Below, piece by piece: positions 9,494 through 16,926 of a DNA stretch of 20,633 bases. The stretch spans positions 61,981-82,613 of the forward strand of contig JBMFSQ010000016.1 in assembly GCA_049967475.1 (NCBI GenBank), in the 5' to 3' direction. A program made the translations under genes and the position numbers. Source of the stretch: Chthonomonadales bacterium (GTDB lineage: Bacteria > Armatimonadota > Chthonomonadetes > Chthonomonadales > CAJBBX01). Numbering within the stretch: the stretch's first letter is position 1; the number at the start of each line of letters is the position of its first letter. The notes below the pieces were generated by a model that was not told where the DNA came from, did not search any database, and saw only the letters and a program-made list of their open reading frames with translations.

Positions 9494-10606
9494 ATGAGGC
9501 TTTCTGGGGTGCATATAAGCACGGGGATGCATGGACGCAGAGCGTGCCCTGTACGGGTGCCATCCGGAGGTACAGAGGAGGTCGGTGGCCTCGTAGGGCC
9601 AAGCGGTGTGATCGCAGCGCAACGCGATGGAGAGGATCTCGTGTTCATACTCCCTTCGGCGGACGCAACCAAGGAGTTGGTTCTGCCCAGGTCTCCGGAT
9701 GGAGGGGGCGGCGGGGTAACCCTTCGAGAAGAAGGGGGAACCATCCGCATCGAGGTGGATGGAGATTTGTTCACCGTGTATCACTTTGCCGGCGTGGAAG
9801 CACGGCCCTATTTCTGGCCGGTACTGGCACCGGGAGGTATACCGGTAACCCGGGCGTACCCCATGCGCAGCGATGTTCCCGGCGAAACCTCGGACCACCG
9901 CCACCACCGGTCGCTTTACATAGCTCATGGAAGCGTGAACGGCACAGACAATTGGAGCGAAGAGCCCGGCCACGGCTTCACAGTTCACGATACAACCGAC
10001 GAGATGGTGAGCGGACCGGTCTTTGGGCGCATGGCTACGACCTCGTTTTGGACCGACCGTGAGGGCCGCCGCATCTTGGAGCAAAAGCTCTCGGTTACCG
10101 TATGGAGAGGGAGCGCGGAGTATCGCATGATGGATGTGGACGTAACGCTGATTGCCTCCTACGGCGACGTCCTCTTTGGGGACACAAAGGAGGGCGGCAT
10201 TCTCTCCGTTCGTGTGGCCACACCCATGGATGTGCGCAACGGCGGGCGCATCCTCAATTCCTGGGGCGGCATAAATGAGCAGGAAACCTGGGGACGACCG
10301 GCGCATTGGTGCAGCTACTGGGGAACGGTTCAAGACCGTCCCGTGGGGATTGCGGTGATGGATCATCCTGTGAGCTTCCGCCATCCCACATATTGGCATG
10401 TGCGGGACTACGGGCTCATGACTGCCAACCCCTTCGCATGGCACGACTACACGGGAGGGCGCATACGGGGAGACTACGTGTTGCAGGCTGGAAGCCGCCT
10501 GGGTTTCAGGTACCGCGTACTCGTTTGCACCGGAGAACCGGATGCAGCAGATTTGGCGGGGCGGTATCTGGATTTCGTAGCGCCTCCCGTTGCCCGAGCC
10601 GTGTAA
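9494..10606 (+). CDS. DUF6807 / 'PmoA'-named family protein, probably carbohydrate-related, about 370 aa
   Basis: RPYFWPV..P.G..VTR, DHRHHRSL, DNWSE, FGDTKEGG...VRVA, WCSYWG, DHP.SFRHPT.WHVRDYGL..ANPF. SD GGAGG before ATG 9494. Confidence 0.8.
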   Translation: MRLSGVHISTGMHGRRACPVRVPSGGTEEVGGLVGPSGVIAAQRDGEDLVFILPSADATKELVLPRSPDGGGGGVTLREEGGTIRIEVDGDLFTVYHFAGVEARPYFWPVLAPGGIPVTRAYPMRSDVPGETSDHRHHRSLYIAHGSVNGTDNWSEEPGHGFTVHDTTDEMVSGPVFGRMATTSFWTDREGRRILEQKLSVTVWRGSAEYRMMDVDVTLIASYGDVLFGDTKEGGILSVRVATPMDVRNGGRILNSWGGINEQETWGRPAHWCSYWGTVQDRPVGIAVMDHPVSFRHPTYWHVRDYGLMTANPFAWHDYTGGRIRGDYVLQAGSRLGFRYRVLVCTGEPDAADLAGRYLDFVAPPVARAV

Positions 10607-10683
10607 CGCCCGCATCAGGGAGCAGAGCCGGCACAGGTTGTGCCCACAAAAGACGGACCATGCGGCATAGGAGTGTGCATTCG

Positions 10684-13600
10684 ATGGACTACAAAGTCGT
10701 GTTGCTCGCGGGTTTGCTGGGGGCGGCAATTACGCCTGCCGGAGCCGATGTCGTCAAGGCGATTTCCCTAGCTGTGGGAAGCGCAATGGAGCAGGCCGCG
10801 CTCTATGCGCCCAGCGGCTGCACCGAAGTAGGGGGCGCAAGGCAGATGGAAAAAGGCGGAAGCTTCCTCTATCGCTTGCCGCTCGTTCCCGGGGCGAAAG
10901 TCGAGCTGCAATTCACCGTTACCGGTGATCCTGCCGTTGCAGTGTCGCTGCCCAACGGAAAGCACATCCCGATACAGTGGGTGCGCCGGGATTCCGTGGG
11001 GTTCGTTCGCACGACCATACCGCAGACCGCACCGGTGGGCGGTTTGATGCGGTTCATCTTTCGTGCGCCACGGGGCACCGTGACGATCCGCGACGCCAAG
11101 GTCACGCTGCACTTGCCGGATCGCGACCGCACAGGATTGGGGGATCATATCGTTCGTATGATGAACGCGGGTACCGCCCTGCGCCCTTCCATCCCAACTG
11201 GGCCCACACGACCCCACACGTCCTTTCAAACCGGAGAGCCTTGGCAATCGCGCATCGCAGTCCCCACGGACGCTGTGCTCGCCTACACAGACGCAGGGGA
11301 CATCATGCGCACATGGGCAGACGCCGGCTATGTGCTTCAGACGATGGGCGGATTTCGGGATGGGCCCGCCTATGCCAAAGCCCACCCGGACGAAGTGCAG
11401 ACGGATCGCAACGGCAACGCGCTGGTCATCGGCGGCAATAGCTATTACATGGTGCCCACCCAAGCCCGGGTAGACTGGGCGGTTCGATATTTCGAGCAGG
11501 CGTTGAGGAACGGCTCAGAAGCAGTATGCCCAGAGGAGCCCGAAATGTTCACCGCAGCCGGCTATTCCGAAGCATTCAAGCGCGAGTGGTTGGCTCGGTA
11601 CGGCACACCCTGGCAGCCTCCCCACAGCAGCGTGGATGCGCGATGGAAGGCCGAACAGCTCAAGGGATATCTGGAACGGCGCCAAATAGAAGCGATCTTG
11701 GACGATGCACAGCGGGTGAAGCCCTCTGCAACCAGGATGGTTGCCGTCCACAGCCCGGTAACCTATTACCAATGGGGAATACCCGTTCCCCACTACGCGC
11801 TCCTCCAAATCCCTTCCCTTCAGGAGATGATCGGCCAAGTGTGGACCGGCACCGCTCGCAGCCCCGCCCGCGTGGCCGGTGTCCGCTCGGAGCGCACCTT
11901 CGAGGTGGGATACCTGGAATATTCGTCCCTATACAATCTCGTGCGGGGTACGGGCAAGCGGATGTGGTTCCTGATGGACCCCGTAGAGGATAATCCGGAT
12001 CGGCCCATGCAGGATTACCACATCAACTACGAGCAGACGCTGATCGCTTCCCTGATGTTTCCTCAAGTGCACAATTATGAAGTGATGCCGTGGCCTCAGC
12101 GTGTTTACGGAAGGGTTCCTCCCGCCTACGCAACGGAGATCAACACCGTCGTTGGGACGCTCTGTGATCTCTGGCGTTATCCGGCAGGATCGTTGATTGC
12201 CGGTAGTCCCGGGGTTGGGACCTTCTACGCCGACAGCATGGGCTGGCAGCGCGGCGATCCGTCGCCGAGCGACTACGACGGCTTCTATGGGCTTTGCCTG
12301 CCCTTCGTGCTTCGCGGAGTGCCTGTGGAGCTGCTTTCGCTGGATCGTTCCGCGGAACCTGGTTACCTAGACCGGATGAAGGTGCTCCTTCTATCCTATG
12401 AATTCCTGAAGCCCGCGAGCCAATCCATCAACCGCAGTTTGGCCGCTTGGGTGCGGCAGGGAGGGTCTCTTGTAGTGTTTGGAGGGAAGGATCCCTACAG
12501 CGATGTGTCCGACGCGTGGTGGAAGAAAGCCGGATATCCATCGCCGGTAGATGAGCTGTTTGCGCAGATGGGCCTTGCCGCGCGTCTGTCGGACGAAGTA
12601 CTGGCCGCACCGGGAGTGCATCCTTCTGAGATGGCGACGCTGCTCGCGGCTGCGGGAACGTACCACAATCTGGAGAACCGAAAGAAGTACACGCTGGATC
12701 TCACTCCGTACGTTCAGCAGACCGGTTCGGTGTCTGTGCTCTTTGGTGATGCAACTCCCAACGATGGGTGGGGAGCATTGGTAGCGTCGGCGGAGCTGCG
12801 CATCGGCTCTCGCCTCGCTGCCGCCTTCACGGCAGGTTCGGAATTGGAAACGCGCTTCCTTTCCGAAGACCACGGCAGCATGGTCAACACCGCAGGCCGC
12901 TTTGCCGACGGAAACAGCTACTGGGTGTACCGGTTTGACAACCTGCCGCGCAATCAACGCATCACCCTTACAGTAGATATGGGTAACGGCTTCCTGGTGA
13001 AGGCTTCGCCGTCACCCCCCGCAGGTCCGGTGCTGGAAGCTGCCTCCGACACGCTGGGTGCGAAACTGGCCCATATCCGCGTGGAGGGCGGGTACGAGGT
13101 TACGCCCTGTGCCCAACCCTCCGGAGCCACGGTGCTCTATCGCCTTACTGGGACGAACACTCCTGTCGTGTGGTCGGTGCCCGTGGGGAAGGGACGCTTG
13201 GTTTTCGCCGGTATCGCTCCCGGCTGGCTTACGCTCGCAGAACAGGGATCGTTGTTCATTAGAGCTTTGGCTCGGTACTGCTACGGCGACACCTACCGGG
13301 AGGCGTCCGGCTTTGTTGCCGATCGAGGCCCAGTCAAGGCAGTGCGGTCCCTGGGTAAGGCGGTGGATCTCGAAGGAAGTTATGTGGACCTGCTGCAACC
13401 CTCCCTCCCGTTGGTTCAAAATCCCACGGTCTCCGCACACTCTTGGGGTCTCTATCTGGCAACAGGGCCGTTGGCTGCGCGATCGCCCAGGCTGCTGGCC
13501 GCATCAGGACGGGTGCGCGCCCGATTGGAAACCAAAGGTCTTACGTCCGTGCTGGTTCAGGCGCCGGCCGATACGATTGGCTGTTGCCGTGTTTGGACCG

Positions 13601-13743
13601 GCGGCCGGCATCTGTTGGGCGCAAAGGCCTTCACCTACTATGGAGAGCCGGTACCCGTGACCATCCTTCCCGCCGGAGACACCTTGTTGGCGCAATATCC
13701 CAATAATCCCGACGGTGTAGTTCTGCGCATGGCATGGCGCTGA
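10684..13743 (+). CDS. Large exported protein, putative glycoside hydrolase (TIM-barrel-like core, GATase-like domain, beta-sandwich modules), about 1019 aa
   Basis: Long ORF; SD AGGAG before ATG 10684 (ATG 10660 is an alternative). Signal peptide ending AGA|D. CPEEPE..GYSEAFKREW..YG..W resembles GH42-like barrels; VLLLSYE...LAAWVRQGGSLVVFG and VGKGRLVFAG resemble the trimerisation/GATase-like domain. Confidence 0.7.
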   Translation: MDYKVVLLAGLLGAAITPAGADVVKAISLAVGSAMEQAALYAPSGCTEVGGARQMEKGGSFLYRLPLVPGAKVELQFTVTGDPAVAVSLPNGKHIPIQWVRRDSVGFVRTTIPQTAPVGGLMRFIFRAPRGTVTIRDAKVTLHLPDRDRTGLGDHIVRMMNAGTALRPSIPTGPTRPHTSFQTGEPWQSRIAVPTDAVLAYTDAGDIMRTWADAGYVLQTMGGFRDGPAYAKAHPDEVQTDRNGNALVIGGNSYYMVPTQARVDWAVRYFEQALRNGSEAVCPEEPEMFTAAGYSEAFKREWLARYGTPWQPPHSSVDARWKAEQLKGYLERRQIEAILDDAQRVKPSATRMVAVHSPVTYYQWGIPVPHYALLQIPSLQEMIGQVWTGTARSPARVAGVRSERTFEVGYLEYSSLYNLVRGTGKRMWFLMDPVEDNPDRPMQDYHINYEQTLIASLMFPQVHNYEVMPWPQRVYGRVPPAYATEINTVVGTLCDLWRYPAGSLIAGSPGVGTFYADSMGWQRGDPSPSDYDGFYGLCLPFVLRGVPVELLSLDRSAEPGYLDRMKVLLLSYEFLKPASQSINRSLAAWVRQGGSLVVFGGKDPYSDVSDAWWKKAGYPSPVDELFAQMGLAARLSDEVLAAPGVHPSEMATLLAAAGTYHNLENRKKYTLDLTPYVQQTGSVSVLFGDATPNDGWGALVASAELRIGSRLAAAFTAGSELETRFLSEDHGSMVNTAGRFADGNSYWVYRFDNLPRNQRITLTVDMGNGFLVKASPSPPAGPVLEAASDTLGAKLAHIRVEGGYEVTPCAQPSGATVLYRLTGTNTPVVWSVPVGKGRLVFAGIAPGWLTLAEQGSLFIRALARYCYGDTYREASGFVADRGPVKAVRSLGKAVDLEGSYVDLLQPSLPLVQNPTVSAHSWGLYLATGPLAARSPRLLAASGRVRARLETKGLTSVLVQAPADTIGCCRVWTGGRHLLGAKAFTYYGEPVPVTILPAGDTLLAQYPNNPDGVVLRMAWR

Positions 13744-13776
13744 TGTGCCCCGAAGCTGCCGGCACCATGGCCGCGG

Positions 13777-13799
13777 GCAAACAGTGTACAATAGTTTGC
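13777..13799 (+). promoter_or_regulatory. Putative -10 (TACAAT, 13787-13792) inside an imperfect palindrome
   Basis: GCAAAC-AG-TGTACA-ATA-GTTTGC in the intergenic region upstream of 13970. Confidence 0.4.
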
Positions 13800-13969
13800 G
13801 CGAGAATGCGGGCTGCCTGGCCACCCAAGGGGCGAGTACGTGTGCCGGGGCTCGGCTCCACGATCGGGCAAGCGGCGCAGAGGCAGTGCAGAGTGTCCGG
13901 CTCCCCCACACAACATCCGTCGAGGGTTTGGCCGGCGGACGGGCAAATGCGCTCCGGAGGTAACGTTCT

Positions 13970-14359
13970 ATGGCGAAGCTGCTGTTGATCTGTCCAGATG
14001 GGCGCAAGCGCGTGCAGGTTGAGGTGGCGGCTTCTTTGGCAGGGCATCGGGTATATAGTGCCGGGGATCTTGCAGAAGGATTGCGCCTAGCAGAGGTCTA
14101 CGTTCCCAATGCCGTGATCCTTAGTCCCCTTCTGGATGCCGATGAAGCGCGCGCGTTTGTGGAGACCTTGCGCAACCACCGGCGCGCCTCGTTGCGAAGG
14201 GCGATTGTCGTTACGCCCCACTCCCTATGCGCCCATGACGATCGCACGGTTCGATCCAACGGCCGGAGCCCGCGCAAACTTTTTGAGGCGTTGCAAAGGG
14301 AGCTTGCCGCCGCGGGGGTCGAAGAAGTGCCCAACGGAAGCGGAGGATCCGTTCCATGA
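13970..14359 (+). CDS. Small degenerate receiver (CheY-like) domain protein, 129 aa
   Basis: SD GGAGG. KLLLI...AGHRVYSA..LAEGLRLA....PNAVILS...IVVT follows the receiver pattern without acidic pocket residues. ATGA overlap with the next gene. Confidence 0.6.
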   Translation: MAKLLLICPDGRKRVQVEVAASLAGHRVYSAGDLAEGLRLAEVYVPNAVILSPLLDADEARAFVETLRNHRRASLRRAIVVTPHSLCAHDDRTVRSNGRSPRKLFEALQRELAAAGVEEVPNGSGGSVP

Positions 14360-15729
14360 GCAACCGACCGCCCCTTCGTTCTGCCATTGTCCTCGCTGCC
14401 GGCCAGGGTCGTCGGTTTTGGCCCTTCAGTGAGGTCCGGAATAAGTGCGCCTTTCCCGTGGGAAATGTGCCGAACGTGCGTCGGGTCGTTCAAATCCTCC
14501 AAGCCGCAGGGGTGGAACGGGTCGTCGTTGTGGTGTCGCACCACAGCGCTTCGGTGCGCGCCGCCTTGGCAGGTCTGGACCGCACAGTGGCTATCGCAGA
14601 AGCCGGGGCAACGGCTGGTACTGCCGGCGCCTTGCTGACCGGCCTTCGACTGCTGGACGATGGGCAGCTTCTGGTAGCGTACGGGGACACAGTCCTCACG
14701 GAGGCTTCGGTTCAGGCGGTGCGGCAAGCGGAAGCTCCGGCAGCAGCTCTGGTGACTCCCATGCCCAACGGGGAAGGGACGCTATGGTATGGTGCCCATG
14801 TAGAGGGCGGCGTTGTGCGCGATATCGTGGCCCATGATGCCGATGCGGACACGCGCCTGTGCGGGTTGTTCGTAGTTCCGCGCGAGATCGAGCCGTACCT
14901 CGTGGATAACCCGGGGTTCATGGGGCGTGTGCCCGTCGGCGGAATGCCTCCCCTGGAGCCCGATCTAGCCCAATCCCTTGCAGACTGGGCCGGCACCATA
15001 GCTGCAGTGTACGCATCCGACTTCGTGGTGGATATGGACAAGCCGTGGCATGGGCTCGAGGCGAACTTGCAGGTTGCTCACGACGTTACATCGAGATTGC
15101 CCGAGAACCGCATTCACCCCACTGCCCGCATCCACGACAGCGCCGAGATTAGCGGCTTCGTAGAGGTGGGCGCGCGCAGTGTGATTGGGCCCCGCGTGAT
15201 TATCGGCGGCAACACCATCATCGGCACCGACACTACAGTCACCAACGGAGCCATCCTGCGTGGGCGCAACGTGATCGGGGACCGGTGCAGAGTGAGTGAC
15301 TATTGTCTCGTAAGCGAAGGATCGGTTATAGGGCACCGATGCATTGTTGGGCATGGCGCCGAGCTCGATGGAGTGCTGCTGGATGGTGCTTATCTTTACC
15401 ATTACTGTGAGATATCCGGCGTGGTGGGCCAAAGCGTGGACATCGGGGCGGCAACGGTGTGCGGCACGCTGCGCTTCGACGACGGCGCGGCGGAACATCG
15501 CATCGGCGGCCGGCGTGAACGCCCCGCATTCGGAGCCAACGCTTCCTATTTCGGGGATTTCAGCCGCACCGGCGTAAACGTGATCACCATGCCGGGCGCG
15601 AAGATTGGAGCGTATTCGTGCGTGGGAGCCGGCATCGTAGTGTACGAAGACGTACCCAGCAGGACCCTGCTCTTACTCAAGCAGGATACCGTGTCCCGGC
15701 CGTGGGGTCCGGAACGGTACGGCTGGTGA
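14356..15729 (+). CDS. Sugar-1-phosphate nucleotidyltransferase with C-terminal hexapeptide (LbH) domain, archaeal-GlmU-like, 457 aa
   Basis: IVLAAGQGRRFWP....NK, GTAGAL, VAYGD, D..KPW..LEAN, hexapeptide repeats, LRFDD. Confidence 0.88.
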   Translation: MSNRPPLRSAIVLAAGQGRRFWPFSEVRNKCAFPVGNVPNVRRVVQILQAAGVERVVVVVSHHSASVRAALAGLDRTVAIAEAGATAGTAGALLTGLRLLDDGQLLVAYGDTVLTEASVQAVRQAEAPAAALVTPMPNGEGTLWYGAHVEGGVVRDIVAHDADADTRLCGLFVVPREIEPYLVDNPGFMGRVPVGGMPPLEPDLAQSLADWAGTIAAVYASDFVVDMDKPWHGLEANLQVAHDVTSRLPENRIHPTARIHDSAEISGFVEVGARSVIGPRVIIGGNTIIGTDTTVTNGAILRGRNVIGDRCRVSDYCLVSEGSVIGHRCIVGHGAELDGVLLDGAYLYHYCEISGVVGQSVDIGAATVCGTLRFDDGAAEHRIGGRRERPAFGANASYFGDFSRTGVNVITMPGAKIGAYSCVGAGIVVYEDVPSRTLLLLKQDTVSRPWGPERYGW

Positions 15730-15732
15730 GCG

Positions 15733-16758
15733 TCACTGCACGACGCCGCCTTTCAGCAAGCTGCAGAATGTCTCCACAACAGTCCCGTCAAATTGTGTTC
15801 CGGCACAGTTCCTCAGTTCCGAAGCGGCAGTTTCGGGGGACCGGCGGGCGCGGTAGACCCGGTCACTCGTCATCACTTCGTAGGCGTCTGCCACGGCGAT
15901 GATGCGCGACAGCAGAGGGATCGCTTCGCCTCGAAGGCCGTCCGGATAACCGCTGCCGTCTGGCCGTTCGTGGTGGTGACGCACAACGTTGGCCACGTAG
16001 GCGAGTTCGTGAACGTGGTTGAGGATCTCGGCGCCCTTGCTCGGGTGGCGCCGCATGATCTCCCACTCTTCCGCCGTAAGGGCGCCCGGCTTGTTGAGGA
16101 TGCCGTCGGGCACTGCGATTTTGCCCACGTCGTGCACCAAGGCAGCGAATTCCAAACACGTTATCTCCGATGCGGGTAGACCCAGTGAGGCGCCGACAGG
16201 AGCTGCCAGAGCCGCCACGCGGCGCGAATGCTCGGCGGTGTACGCCTCCTTTGCGTCAATTGCTGCCGCCAACGCCCGGATGGACTGGGACATCACTCGC
16301 TGCCCTTCGTTGGAATGGCGCGCACGCTCGAGGCGACTGCGCTCGACATTCCGCTCGATCATCACCGGCAGCTCCCGGATGCTGATCGGTTTGGAGATGA
16401 CGTCGGCGGCGCCGTCACGCAGGGCCGTGCGGGCAAGGCCGGATCCCCCGTACCCTGTGATGAGCACGATGGGCAATCCGGGATGGGCTTGAGACACGTT
16501 GCGTGCAAAGCCTATACCGTCCATTCCCGGAAGGACGACGTCGCACAAAACCAGGTCGAAGGGCTCCCAAAGGAGGCGAATGATGCCATCCTCTGCGTTG
16601 GATGCCGTGCGTACTCGGTAGCCGAGCTCGCCCAGCGCCGTGGCCAGCAGATCTCTCACTGCGTCGTCATCGTCTACCACGAGGATGCTGAGAGCCGCGG
16701 AACGATGGGCTTTCGAGTGCTCCCCCACCGGCTGACGGGAGCGCGTGACTTCAGGCAT
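15733..16758 (-). CDS. Response regulator with REC and HD-GYP domains (RpfG-like cyclic dinucleotide phosphodiesterase), about 341 aa
   Basis: ILVVDDD, LVLCDVVLPGMDG, LITG, SKP; HSRRVA, HDVGK, HHERPDGSGYP, ADAY..MTSDRVYR. ATG 16758 has GGAG upstream; ATG 16773 is an alternative. Confidence 0.95.
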   Translation of the reverse strand: MPEVTRSRQPVGEHSKAHRSAALSILVVDDDDAVRDLLATALGELGYRVRTASNAEDGIIRLLWEPFDLVLCDVVLPGMDGIGFARNVSQAHPGLPIVLITGYGGSGLARTALRDGAADVISKPISIRELPVMIERNVERSRLERARHSNEGQRVMSQSIRALAAAIDAKEAYTAEHSRRVAALAAPVGASLGLPASEITCLEFAALVHDVGKIAVPDGILNKPGALTAEEWEIMRRHPSKGAEILNHVHELAYVANVVRHHHERPDGSGYPDGLRGEAIPLLSRIIAVADAYEVMTSDRVYRARRSPETAASELRNCAGTQFDGTVVETFCSLLKGGVVQ

Positions 16759-16786
16759 GATGGGAGGCTCCATTTGTTCGGCCGCA

Positions 16787-16815
16787 ATTATACGCCTGGC
16801 AAGAATACCTGTCAA
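16787..16815 (-). promoter_or_regulatory. Perfect consensus sigma70 promoter TTGACA-N17-TATAAT
   Basis: TTGACA 16815-16810, 17-nt spacer, TATAAT 16792-16787, directly upstream of the HD-GYP gene. Confidence 0.92.
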
Positions 16816-16926
16816 GCCGGTGCCTCTGCGTTGGTAATCGCTGCACGGACCGCGTCCGGCAGCGCGAGACAGTCCACGCTCGGCAGCCCCAAAAAGGCAG
16901 GAATGCCTGAGCGCATAGAGAACTGA

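Noticed and set aside
9494..10606. Particulate methane monooxygenase subunit (family is named 'PmoA')
   Set aside because: Soluble, beta-rich sequence without TM helices and no pmoB/pmoC; the family name is misleading.
10306..10683. N-terminal extensions in the ORF track (also 6271-6375, 8370-8453, 16774-16956)
   Set aside because: They overlap neighbouring genes or promoters; SD, signal-peptide and promoter positions support downstream starts.
9320..10729. 469-aa minus-strand ORF and other long overlapping ORFs (4831-6030, 6219-7226, 315-959)
   Set aside because: Antisense shadows of real genes in GC-rich DNA with no recognisable motifs.
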